From IMG/VR virus record IMGVR_UViG_3300011008_000050: a DNA stretch of 64,000 nucleotides. One strand, 5' to 3'. The stretch is from an uncultured virus (IMG/VR IMGVR_UViG_3300011008_000050). Taxonomy: Duplodnaviria; Heunggongvirae; Uroviricota; Caudoviricetes. The notes under the pieces were generated by a model. That model worked only from the letters and a program-made list of their open reading frames with translations. It was not told where the DNA came from and searched no databases. The translations under genes and the position numbers were made by a program. Positions 35,197 through 44,700 of the stretch are shown piece after piece; the stretch's first letter is position 1, and every line of letters starts with the position of its first letter.

Positions 35197-38100
35197 ATGG
35201 CAACAAAGAAGAAAAGAAAAATAAATCCTGACCTGAGTTATAATCCCATCTTGGATTATGAAACGGACTGGATGGAAGACCCCAGTAACGGGCATAAGCA
35301 GTTTGCCGGAGAAAGTGTGCAGAACTTTCTCAAAAGTGAGCTGAAGAAGGGTTTCGGCTATTCCCGCATGTCGGGCAATATGCTTCAACACTTCCATAGC
35401 ATTGATGATGCAGATGCCTACGACGGCGGTGATACTTCCAAGCTGCTTGACCAGACGGATATGTCGGGTAAGACCAATGTTCAGTTTAAGTTCCTTGAAA
35501 TCCCCATAGGCAGTAACGTCTATATCAATGGTTCCCGTCCATATATCTTCCCTTTGTATGTGAAGTCTGTGGAAGTGGACAACGAGGGGAACGAGACGCC
35601 TACAAGTTTCATGGTGACGCTGACCATCAACGTGACTCTGAACGGTCGCACCGTATCTACGCCCATCGGTTTGTTTGAACCGAACAAGGCCATAGAGGTG
35701 AATATCCGTCCCTATATCAGTGGCGGAGCCTCCTTCACCATCATGGCGAGCGATGACCAAGGCAACCGCCGCACGTCACAGCGTTACAATGTGGTGATGG
35801 CCTCGATGTATATGGAGCCAAGAAATAACACATGGTGGGCGAGTGCTTACAGGCAACCCGTCGGCGAAAGCGCCGGGCAAAGTACATGGAGTGTGCCTCT
35901 GAGTATTGAGGTGAACGTTGATTGTAGATTGAATGCCCGTCTTGTAAAGGATGGCACAACCTATGTGACGAAGACGGTCTTGCGTGAGAACATGCTGACC
36001 AACTATGACCTGACATTGGAGCACCCGATGGCGAGCGGTGGCACGGCTGGCGTGTATCAGCTCATCCTGGAACTGGTATGCACCGACGAGAGTCTGCAGA
36101 CTTCGGTGCCCACCCAGACGCTCACGTACAGTGTCTTTTGCGTAGGTTCGGAAGAGGCAGGAAGTTTCTTCCTTGCCAACAACAAGGCCGACAATCTGAC
36201 GAACTACACCAACAACCGCCTCTTTGATTATGCCGTCTTTGGCAATCATGCCACGCTTGACCTTTCTGCCATGGTTGGAGCTGTAAGTGTTCAGTCCACC
36301 GAAGATATTGAGCCGGACAGCGAGACGGTCTATTCATATTATGTTGAACTGGAGGTGGAACGCGCCGACACCAACGACTTCGAGCTTGACGTGTCAGCAT
36401 CTTTCAATGGCAGCGAAGTCCTCTCCGAGTCGTTTACGGTCAACAACAGTTCTGGCTATGCCGCCACTCCCGGCTCAGTTCTTTTTGTGAAGGCTGCAGG
36501 CCGTGACAACAGCGAGGCCAATAAGGATAAGCTCTTCAATATAGCCACTGGCAGCTATGTCACTCCAACGCTTGAAGGCATTTCCTTTAGCGCGTCAGAC
36601 GGTTGGAAGCGCAAGACGGTGACCGACATAGGCGGCAATGAGGTGGCGGTGTCCTTCTTCCGCATCCTTGGTGGCGGTCGTATGGAGCTTCCCGTGAAGC
36701 CACTCAAGATGAACGCTAACGAGGGCCGCACGGTTGAATTGATGTTCCAGCCTCGTAATGTTCTTAACGAGGACACGCCCATCATCACCTGTTTGACTCC
36801 CGTCGGTGGAACTGCCGGGCACCCTGAATCGTTTGTCGGTCTGAGGGTGACGAGCAGCAGAATCACGCTTCTGACAGCCAACAGTCAGGACGAGGATAAT
36901 CAGAGCAAAGCCTACGACGATGCCGAACCTATCCACATGGCCATCGTTGTTGCTCCTGGTTACAGCGAGGCCGGGGAGGCATACGATGCTTGTTTCATTT
37001 TCATCAACGGTGTGAAGCAGCGTGAGTTTGCCTACAACCGCGATTTGGATGTCAATGCCAACCTTGTCATTGACAATGCAGACGCAGATGTTGACTGGTA
37101 TGGCATCCGCACTTATGAATCGGCCTTGTCCACGGACGAGATTCAACAGAATGCCGCCAACTGGAAGATTTCTCTCTATGAAAAAGCGCAGTTCAAGTCT
37201 CAGTGTGACATCAAGGAAGCTGGCGTTGTTGACTTCAACAAGGTACGTGCGATATGCAATACTTTTGTGTGGAGAGCTGACGAGATACCCGCAGACGAAC
37301 CTATCACAAATACATTCCCTCACTTTGGCATGTCCGAGGGGCAGAAGATAGGCGGTGTCTTGAAGACCTACTGGCGTGACCATACAGATTGGAACAAGAC
37401 TCTTCACATGGACATCGAAGGCCAAGGTACGACTTCCATGGAATACTGGCGCTGGAATTTCAAGGGTTCTTCTGATGATCCCATCGACTTTGACGGTGGC
37501 ACCCATACCGCCATCAAAAAGTTGTGCGGCAAGAAGAACGTTGCAAGTTCTATGCAGAGTCACAAGATGGGTGGCTGTGAGGCTTTCGACTATCTGGCTC
37601 GTGCCACAGGTGCCGTTGAGCAGGATGCCGCTCGTCAGGCCATTTGGCAATATCCGTTTGTTGGCTTCGTGGAGGATGCAGACGGCAACAAGACGTTTAT
37701 CGGCCTCTACACAATTGGTCCAGACAAGGGTGACAAGGGAACTTTCGGGTTCGGGTCAAACACCATTGCTATGGAGGGACTGGATAATGACGTGCTGAGT
37801 GCCAACTTCCGTGTGCCTTGGAACGGCAGTACGGTCACCCCTGATAGCAGCAATAAGAAATATACCGTGTGTGGTGAGAAGTCTTGGGAAGACAGCATGA
37901 AGAATGCAGCTGGCGTGAACAGTCGTTGGAAACCTGCCTACAACCTGGTCTATGAGTGCTCTCAGCTCATCAAGCCCTGGAAGGGTGCCACAGTAGGGCA
38001 GACGGTCTATCCAGCCACGCAGCAAGGTCTGTTGGACCATGCCTCAACCATCACATCCATTGACACATCGACCGATGAGGGCAAGGCTCAGTACAAGGAA

Positions 38101-41100
38101 GCCACGTTGTATGAATACTGGATTACGTCTTCTGGCGATAGCGGCAATGCCTACAAGCTGTTTTTCTACAACCCTGCCACACATGAATACACTCAGAGCG
38201 AGACCACCGCAGCTGTCAACCTTTCCAGCCAGCTTTGCGGCCATGAGTACAAAGTTGGTGAAACGACCGACGGGGCAGTTACCACGCCTGTATATCTCAC
38301 CACGGAAGTGCTTGCAGCTGCGGCGGATGATGATGCAAGAAATGTGCTGTTCAAGAAAGCTCGTATCTCGAAGTTCAGAAAAGAGGCCTCAGCACATTTT
38401 GACATCGTCAATGCGTTTTTCCACCTTGGATGGGTAGAGTTTGATGCAGCAACGGACAACCTTGTGAAGAATACGTATCCTTATTTGCTGAATGTGCTGG
38501 ATGAGTTGATGAAGATTCGCTGGCGACAGGATGACGTTGATACGGTATTCCCCATCGAGAACCAAGGTAAGGACAAGAAGCCGTACTGCGTAGAGTTGGA
38601 AGATGACTATTCAGACTACGGCATGTCACCTTTGGCCGTGTTCAATGGCCGACGGTCTCAATTCTGGTTTACGCTGAAAGAAGCATTTGCCGACGAATAC
38701 GACACCTTCATGCGTGAGACCTTCATTCCCGCGCTGACAGGCTACCGTCCCGCCTTGGGTATTCTTGGCAGTGTGATGGCCTTCTTCCAGGACTTCTATT
38801 TCAGCCGTGCCCAGGAATATTTCGGTGCTGCCCTGTATAATGCCGATAGTACCTATTGCTATGAACAGGCTCACTTGGCCACAGGCTACACGACCCACCG
38901 CAACATTGCCCTGCAGCAGCTTCTTGGCGACCACTATTCTGCGGAGAAGCGTTGGATAAGGATGCGTGCCATCTACATGATGAGCAAGTACAAGGCTGGT
39001 CTCTTTGCTGCAGGAACGACAGCAGATGCCTTTGCCACTCGTGTAAGTTCTGGCCAGAACAGCTACACGTTGACTCCCGCCATCTACATGTATCCCAGCG
39101 TTGACTTCGGACAGACGGTGCATCGTGGTCCTCGTTTTTGGCCAGGCAGCAACGTGACAGCATGGACTACCCCCGTGTTCAGCTCTGATGGTGACCAGAC
39201 AATCCGTTTCCATGGCATGAGCTATCTGCGTGACGTTGGCAACCTGTATAACAATACCTTGAAGGATGCCATCACGGTGTATGCTCCCATGCTCAGCAAC
39301 CTTCTTCTCGGCAACAAGGATGCAGTGAGTGCCGTAGCTTCTAAGGGCATTTCTTCTATCCTCATCGACAGTGCATCGACGTTGCGTAAGATTGATTTGA
39401 GCCGTCTGGTTAACCTTGCCGGAACGGTTGACCTGTCTGCCTGTGTGAACCTGCGTGAGCTGTATATGGAGAATACCGCCATCACTCAGCTGAACATCAG
39501 CAACAGTGGTACGCTTGGCATCGTGAAGGCCAATAACAGCCGTCTGACGGCGTTTGCCCCTGCAGAGGGTGTGACATTGACGGCTGTGGAACTGCCGTCC
39601 ACACTCAGCACTCTGACGTTGAACAAGGCGAGGGTGAGTGCATTGACGATTGGTGACGGCACTGCTGCTGCGCATGCTCAGTTACGTCATGTGACGCTGC
39701 GTGACGTGACGGGCAGCTGGAGTGTCAAGACATTCGTCAACACATGGCTTGGCGCACTGACGGATGCAGAACTGGCCAGCTCATCCCTCGCGCTGACAGG
39801 TATCAACTGGACAGGCATGAGCGTAGCCCAGGTGTTGCAGATGGGCAAGGTGGGCACAAAAGACTACCAAGGCAAGGTCACGCTGTCAAGCATGACCCAA
39901 GCCGAGTATCAGCAACTTGTGTCATTATTTGGAGCGAGTGTCTTCAACGCTGGCAACGAGTTTGTGATTGATGCTCCTACAGGTGTAGCCATCGCATCGG
40001 ACAAAAGCCAGATAGAGCCTGAAGACACAGGTCTGGTGACCGCGACGCTGTTTCCTGTGACGGATGGTGCCACCATCGTCTTTCAACTTTATAAGGACGG
40101 CACGATGATTAACCCTGTGAACGGCATAGCCACGGTGGACGGTATCAGTCTTAACACGGCTACTGGTGCCATCACTACGACGAGTGCAGCGGGTGGCACG
40201 GTGAAGGTGAGGGCAGCGGCCACGGTAGGCGGCAATACCAGTTACAGCGACTATGTGACTATTTTGGTTGAGCCTTTGACCTATCCCTCATCCATCATCA
40301 TTACAGGTGCTGACAATGTTCAGGAGGCAGGTAGTTTCAACTACACCAAGGCATTTGACACGGATGACTTCACGGCAGAGGTGCTTGGTGTCGCGTGGAG
40401 CTTGAGCGGTGGCGGTGGTGTTGTTGCGATAACATCGCAACAAGCAGGACAGGCTACGCTTGCCGTGAGCGAGGTTACAGAAAACGAGGTAGAAGTGACA
40501 CTTACTTGCACTGCCACGTTGAGCAATAACCGCACCGTGACAGGCACAAAGAGCATCACGATTAAAGAGCCAAGTGCCAGTGGTGATTTCGTTGACCTCG
40601 GCTTGCCGTCAGGTGTGAAGTGGGCTACCTGTAATGTTGGTGCCACGAATCCCGAAGACCCCGGTCTATATTTCTCATGGGGTAACACCGAAGGCCATGC
40701 AGAGGGCAGTGGATATAACTTCGACAGCACTACATACAATGGTACTGCCGCAGCAAGTATTTCCGCCAACCTCTCCTTGTCACAGGATGCAGCCCGTGCA
40801 AACATGGGTGGCAACTGGCGTATGCCAACCAAGGAAGAAACCAAGGAATTGTACGACAACACCGATAGAGAATGGACTACCATCAATGGTATGAACGGCT
40901 GGAAGTTTATGAAGAAGTCTGATCATAGCGTCTTTATTTTCTTGCCTGCTGCTGGCTACTACAATGGTGCGTCGCTCTACTTTCGTGGTTCCTACGGGCG
41001 CTACTGGTCTGCCTCGTTCTACAATAGTTCCGGCGCCTACAACTTGTACTTCAATAGTTCGAATGTCAATCCGCAGAACATCGACAATCGGTACTATGGT

Positions 41101-41124
41101 TTCTCGGTTCGTGCTGTTCAGTAA
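35197..41124 (+). CDS. Large tail/receptor-binding protein, DGR target 1
   Basis: 1975 aa; LamG-like segment, CotH-kinase-like motifs (DNLVKN, DVDT), LRR-like repeats, Ig-like region, and a C-terminal VDLGLPSG..WA..NVGA...FLPAAG...GFSVRAVQ lectin-like domain carrying VR1. Confidence 0.8.
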   Translation: MATKKKRKINPDLSYNPILDYETDWMEDPSNGHKQFAGESVQNFLKSELKKGFGYSRMSGNMLQHFHSIDDADAYDGGDTSKLLDQTDMSGKTNVQFKFLEIPIGSNVYINGSRPYIFPLYVKSVEVDNEGNETPTSFMVTLTINVTLNGRTVSTPIGLFEPNKAIEVNIRPYISGGASFTIMASDDQGNRRTSQRYNVVMASMYMEPRNNTWWASAYRQPVGESAGQSTWSVPLSIEVNVDCRLNARLVKDGTTYVTKTVLRENMLTNYDLTLEHPMASGGTAGVYQLILELVCTDESLQTSVPTQTLTYSVFCVGSEEAGSFFLANNKADNLTNYTNNRLFDYAVFGNHATLDLSAMVGAVSVQSTEDIEPDSETVYSYYVELEVERADTNDFELDVSASFNGSEVLSESFTVNNSSGYAATPGSVLFVKAAGRDNSEANKDKLFNIATGSYVTPTLEGISFSASDGWKRKTVTDIGGNEVAVSFFRILGGGRMELPVKPLKMNANEGRTVELMFQPRNVLNEDTPIITCLTPVGGTAGHPESFVGLRVTSSRITLLTANSQDEDNQSKAYDDAEPIHMAIVVAPGYSEAGEAYDACFIFINGVKQREFAYNRDLDVNANLVIDNADADVDWYGIRTYESALSTDEIQQNAANWKISLYEKAQFKSQCDIKEAGVVDFNKVRAICNTFVWRADEIPADEPITNTFPHFGMSEGQKIGGVLKTYWRDHTDWNKTLHMDIEGQGTTSMEYWRWNFKGSSDDPIDFDGGTHTAIKKLCGKKNVASSMQSHKMGGCEAFDYLARATGAVEQDAARQAIWQYPFVGFVEDADGNKTFIGLYTIGPDKGDKGTFGFGSNTIAMEGLDNDVLSANFRVPWNGSTVTPDSSNKKYTVCGEKSWEDSMKNAAGVNSRWKPAYNLVYECSQLIKPWKGATVGQTVYPATQQGLLDHASTITSIDTSTDEGKAQYKEATLYEYWITSSGDSGNAYKLFFYNPATHEYTQSETTAAVNLSSQLCGHEYKVGETTDGAVTTPVYLTTEVLAAAADDDARNVLFKKARISKFRKEASAHFDIVNAFFHLGWVEFDAATDNLVKNTYPYLLNVLDELMKIRWRQDDVDTVFPIENQGKDKKPYCVELEDDYSDYGMSPLAVFNGRRSQFWFTLKEAFADEYDTFMRETFIPALTGYRPALGILGSVMAFFQDFYFSRAQEYFGAALYNADSTYCYEQAHLATGYTTHRNIALQQLLGDHYSAEKRWIRMRAIYMMSKYKAGLFAAGTTADAFATRVSSGQNSYTLTPAIYMYPSVDFGQTVHRGPRFWPGSNVTAWTTPVFSSDGDQTIRFHGMSYLRDVGNLYNNTLKDAITVYAPMLSNLLLGNKDAVSAVASKGISSILIDSASTLRKIDLSRLVNLAGTVDLSACVNLRELYMENTAITQLNISNSGTLGIVKANNSRLTAFAPAEGVTLTAVELPSTLSTLTLNKARVSALTIGDGTAAAHAQLRHVTLRDVTGSWSVKTFVNTWLGALTDAELASSSLALTGINWTGMSVAQVLQMGKVGTKDYQGKVTLSSMTQAEYQQLVSLFGASVFNAGNEFVIDAPTGVAIASDKSQIEPEDTGLVTATLFPVTDGATIVFQLYKDGTMINPVNGIATVDGISLNTATGAITTTSAAGGTVKVRAAATVGGNTSYSDYVTILVEPLTYPSSIIITGADNVQEAGSFNYTKAFDTDDFTAEVLGVAWSLSGGGGVVAITSQQAGQATLAVSEVTENEVEVTLTCTATLSNNRTVTGTKSITIKEPSASGDFVDLGLPSGVKWATCNVGATNPEDPGLYFSWGNTEGHAEGSGYNFDSTTYNGTAAASISANLSLSQDAARANMGGNWRMPTKEETKELYDNTDREWTTINGMNGWKFMKKSDHSVFIFLPAAGYYNGASLYFRGSYGRYWSASFYNSSGAYNLYFNSSNVNPQNIDNRYYGFSVRAVQ
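40936..41121 (+). repeat. DGR variable region VR1
   Basis: 186-bp ungapped match to TR; 15 mismatches, all at TR adenines. Confidence 0.97.
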
Positions 41125-41222
41125 CTTGTCTGTTCCCCATCAGAACGGACAACCATTCTTCTTCGCTCCCCAGCCACCGCCCTCCCCAAGAGGGCGAGGC
41201 GGGGATGCAAGAAGAATGAATC
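41122..41222 (+). promoter_or_regulatory. IMH-adjacent sequence plus DGR retrohoming hairpin (copy 1)
   Basis: Nested stem 41154-41218 (CATTCTTCTT...CGCCCTC-CCCAA-GAGGGCG...AAGAAGAATG), near-identical to the sequence after VR2. Confidence 0.8.
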
Positions 41223-41249
41223 ACAGAGAAAAAACTATAAATAAAAGAT

Positions 41250-41828
41250 ATGGCAAAGATTTCAGAAATACTGGAGATTGAGAAAGAAAGAACGGATGCC
41301 TCGACATGGAACGTGATTCATCTGTTCAAGGAAGGCGGTTTCTACCGTGCCTATAACTGGAGTGCCTGGCTGATTGTGACGGTGGCCTATTCTGACGATG
41401 TGAGGAAAGGTCAGAGCGACAGGAAGCCATTGAACGTGTCTCGCAAGAAGACCAAGAGCGGTGACAATGACTTTGCCTTTGTCGGTTTTCCGTTGAAGTC
41501 GATGGAGAAGTTCATCCCTTATCAGACGAGTTTCACCCCAGTGAATGACGGTCAGATAGACATCACGATTGAGTTGCCCGCCACCGAGACCCCCATTTCA
41601 TACGAGTTGCTTCAGCAATCCTTTGATGAATGGAAGCAGTCAATCGCCATTCAGGAAGACAAGCCAAAACGCGAAGGAGTATCACCCGATGAGGCCGTTC
41701 AAGCCTCTCCCCGTAGTATTACTCAGGTGATGCAGCAAGTATTGAGTTTTCCGTTGGAGTCGAGAACCCCGATGGAATGCATGTCGTTTATCAGCCTGTT
41801 GAAACAACAACTGGCTGCACTCTTTTGA
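41250..41828 (+). CDS. DGR accessory protein, MutS domain-I-like (MSL type)
   Basis: IHLFKEGGFYRAYNWSA resembles the MutS mismatch-binding motif; it sits between target and TR, where Avd normally lies. Confidence 0.7.
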   Translation: MAKISEILEIEKERTDASTWNVIHLFKEGGFYRAYNWSAWLIVTVAYSDDVRKGQSDRKPLNVSRKKTKSGDNDFAFVGFPLKSMEKFIPYQTSFTPVNDGQIDITIELPATETPISYELLQQSFDEWKQSIAIQEDKPKREGVSPDEAVQASPRSITQVMQQVLSFPLESRTPMECMSFISLLKQQLAALF

Positions 41829-42009
41829 GGTCGCTATAAGATAGCGACATACGGAACAGAAATATGAGATAATCAGAAACAAGAATAACAGACAAGTTCA
41901 TAGGCTATTCGTCTTGTGTCCGTAGGCCATGAGAAAAACAAAAGATGCTTGTTGGCTTTGCGTAAGTGATTCCTTCATTCCATCGTGATAGGTGATAGCC
42001 GATAGACGG

Positions 42010-42195
42010 ATTTTCTTGCCTGCTGCTGGCAACTACAATGGTACGTCGCTCAACAATCGTGGTTCCAACGGGAACTACTGGTCTGCCTCGTTCAACAATA
42101 GTTCCAACGCATACAACTTGAACTTCAATAGTTCGAATGTCAATCCGCAGAACAACAACAATCGGTACTATGGTTTCTCGGTTCGTGCTGTTCAG
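42010..42195 (+). ncRNA. DGR template repeat (TR)
   Basis: AAC/AAT-rich 186-bp copy of both VRs upstream of RT; followed by a divergent IMH*-like end and hairpin GTTGCGGC-AAT-GCCGCAAC (42215-42233). Confidence 0.97.
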
Positions 42196-42249
42196 CACTC
42201 GTCTGTAGGGAATGGTTGCGGCAATGCCGCAACATACAAGACAAAGGAT

Positions 42250-43629
42250 ATGGGATATAAACTGACCCGGCAGGATTTGATGCGCGACTTGTATGTTGCT
42301 TTCTACGATGCGAGGAAGCACAAGGCGAGCATGTCCTACGTTGTTCAATTTGAGAAACACCTTCATCAGAACCTCGAAGAACTATGTGATGCCCTGCTTA
42401 ACAGAACGTATATTGCCCATCCATCCAAATGCTTCATCATTGATTATCCCAAGAAGCGGGAAGTATTTGCCGCAATGTTTGTAGATAGGATTGTGCATCA
42501 CCTATACTACAACTATACCAGCCAACTCTTTGAACGTACCTTTATACAGGACACCTACAGTTGCATCAAGGGCAGAGGCACCCACTATGGCATAGAACGT
42601 CTTGACAGCCATATCCGCAAGGAGAGTCAGAACTACACGGAAACGTGCTACGTTCTGAAACTTGACATCCGTGGTTACTTCATGCACATCAACAGGCAGC
42701 GGCTCTTAGACATAGCCACCCATTCGTTAGAGAAGATGAGTACCCACAAGGTGATGAATGGTAGCAGTGCCACATGGTCTGACGTGATAGACATGGACTT
42801 TGTTCTATGGCTGACCCGTGAGATTGTGACACTCGATCCGAAACTGAATTGTGAGATAGTAGGCTCATGGTCTAACTGGCTTGGCCTTGACAGGAGCAAG
42901 AGCCTTTTCTTCACAGAAGAAGGATGCGGTCTGCCCATTGGCAACCTTACCAGTCAATTGTTCAGCAACGTGTATCTGAACGTGTTCGACCAATATGTGA
43001 AGCGTGACCTTCGCTGCAAGCACTATGGGCGATATGTTGATGATGCTTACATCGTGAGTTGTGACAAGGACTGGATGCTGTCTCTTGTTCCTAAGATACG
43101 TCAGTTCCTGAAATCCGAACTTGGTCTTGATTTGCACATGGGCAAGTTGCACGTCTGCAACATAGAGCAGGGTGTTGAGTTCCTTGGTGCCTACATCAAG
43201 CCATACAGGATTTATGTGTCGAACCAGTCGCTTCGCAGAGTGAGGTCAAACATTGGTGAGATAGATTTTACAGACGCTGAAAAGGTGTTCAGGACGGTCA
43301 ATTCCTATCTCGGCATGATGATACACTATTCCTCCTTCAATTTGCGTCAAGAGTTGTTCATGCGCAATGAGTTCCTGCAAATTGCTCCATACGACAGTGA
43401 TATGTCGAAAATGAAGAAGTCAAACCCTTTAATTCACAGAGAACATGAACAGAACATTTGGAATCATATCCGACTACGCACCAGTGAGACAGGATGCGAG
43501 TCGCATCATCATCGGTTACGACTTACAAGCAGCCGACGAAGGACATTACACATGGAACGAGGTTTATTTCTACAAGAAGCAGACCCCGAATCCGAGTTTG
43601 GAACAAGTGAAAGAAGCCGTTGTGCGTGA
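42250..43629 (+). CDS. DGR reverse transcriptase
   Basis: PKKREVFAA, DRIVHH, LKLDIRGYF, GLPIGNLTSQLFSN, YGRYVDD and FLG motifs; start at ATG 42250. Confidence 0.95.
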   Translation: MGYKLTRQDLMRDLYVAFYDARKHKASMSYVVQFEKHLHQNLEELCDALLNRTYIAHPSKCFIIDYPKKREVFAAMFVDRIVHHLYYNYTSQLFERTFIQDTYSCIKGRGTHYGIERLDSHIRKESQNYTETCYVLKLDIRGYFMHINRQRLLDIATHSLEKMSTHKVMNGSSATWSDVIDMDFVLWLTREIVTLDPKLNCEIVGSWSNWLGLDRSKSLFFTEEGCGLPIGNLTSQLFSNVYLNVFDQYVKRDLRCKHYGRYVDDAYIVSCDKDWMLSLVPKIRQFLKSELGLDLHMGKLHVCNIEQGVEFLGAYIKPYRIYVSNQSLRRVRSNIGEIDFTDAEKVFRTVNSYLGMMIHYSSFNLRQELFMRNEFLQIAPYDSDMSKMKKSNPLIHREHEQNIWNHIRLRTSETGCESHHHRLRLTSSRRRTLHMERGLFLQEADPESEFGTSERSRCA

Positions 43630-43960
43630 CATCAACGAGGCCACGAAGCAGAAGATTATCGAGGGCTTTGTGTGGAACGGTCACAAGGTATGGCTATCCA
43701 GTGAGAACCAGTTCAACTACAAGTCAGCCTTTGACATGGCCGTTCAGACAGGTGGCGAGTCACTGCCTGAAACGTTCAAGTTTGGCACAGATGAAGTGCC
43801 GGAGTATGTTACTTTTGAGACGGTGAGCGAACTGCGCAACTTCTGGACTGCAGCCCGGAACCACATCAAGCAGACCATCACCAGCGGTTGGGCGCGTAAG
43901 GATGGCATTGACTGGAGTGAGTATGAGAGAGCATTAGAAAAATTGAAAATTGAGAATTGA
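43445..43960 (+). CDS. Tail-fibre-associated protein (DUF4376-like)
   Basis: GFVWNGHKVWLSSENQFNY...GW.RKD pattern. Confidence 0.6.
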   Translation: MNRTFGIISDYAPVRQDASRIIIGYDLQAADEGHYTWNEVYFYKKQTPNPSLEQVKEAVVRDINEATKQKIIEGFVWNGHKVWLSSENQFNYKSAFDMAVQTGGESLPETFKFGTDEVPEYVTFETVSELRNFWTAARNHIKQTITSGWARKDGIDWSEYERALEKLKIEN

Positions 43961-44015
43961 AAATTGAAAATTGAGAATTGAAAATTGAAAATTGAAAATT
44001 GAAAATTGAAAATTG
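43939..44015 (+). repeat. Tandem heptamer repeat A(A/G)AATTG x11
   Basis: Directly visible; spans the stop of 43445-43960 up to the holin start. Confidence 0.95.
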
Positions 44016-44018
44016 GCA

Positions 44019-44504
44019 ATGCTTACACGTTTCTTTGACAAGCTTACTCTCATCCTTCGGACTATAGAAGGATGGCTTATTGCTTTTTCCCTGATTATTG
44101 CCGACTATTTTGCTGGCCATAGTTTCGTCTGCTTTCTTGTTGCGTCGGTCACGCTGATGGATGCAGTCTTCGGCATTTGGGTTAGTCTTCGGCGTGGCCA
44201 GTTTGCCCTCTCGGAGCTGGCGCGGCTGACGATTGACAAAGTCACTGTCTATGGCTGTGCAATGTTCGTGTTCGTGGGGCTTGACCGCTTTGCGGGAACA
44301 ACTTTGACCGCTTCCCTTGTAGGTGCGGCCATCGTGCTGGTAGAGTTCTGGAGTAGTCTGGCCTCCATGATAATCCTGTATCCACACATTCCTCTGCTGA
44401 AGCTGCTGCGGAAGGCCATGACGGGCGAGATTGCATCAAAGCTGAAAATCAGCGAAGATGATGTGGAGGAAGTTCTTTACGGAAAGGAGGTAAGCCATGA
44501 GTGA
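44019..44504 (+). CDS. Holin-like membrane protein
   Basis: Several TM helices, D..FGI..S and VEFWS motifs; upstream of the endolysin. Confidence 0.7.
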   Translation: MLTRFFDKLTLILRTIEGWLIAFSLIIADYFAGHSFVCFLVASVTLMDAVFGIWVSLRRGQFALSELARLTIDKVTVYGCAMFVFVGLDRFAGTTLTASLVGAAIVLVEFWSSLASMIILYPHIPLLKLLRKAMTGEIASKLKISEDDVEEVLYGKEVSHE

Positions 44505-44700
44505 TTATATAGAACAGATGCTCGCGGCGGTGCTTTTCACTGCTGTGTGGATATACATCATGTCGGTAAGGGATGGTTGAATGGGGAAATGGGGCTGTGG
44601 TGGGGAAAAATGAAGATTTCATTTTTCCAAAACCGTTCCCAAATTCCCAAAGTCATTCCCAAAACAAAAAATATAGTGCATAAATGTACAATAAAAAAAT

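Noticed and set aside
40964..41281. Similar short ORFs 40964-41281 (+) and 54128-54382 (-)
   Set aside because: Alternative-frame readings of VR plus the shared downstream cassette. The similarity is explained by the DNA repeat.
41992..42249. N-terminal extension of the RT ORF (545-aa call starting at GTG 41992)
   Set aside because: This is the Asn-rich in-frame translation of the TR. The RT more plausibly starts at ATG 42250.
42250..43629. RT as a group II intron, retron or Abi RT
   Set aside because: The SQ motif (NLTSQ), adjacent TR and A-specific VRs identify the DGR class.
44581..44665. GGGGAAA/TTCCCAAA repeats between holin and endolysin
   Set aside because: Short and irregular; no function can be supported from sequence alone.
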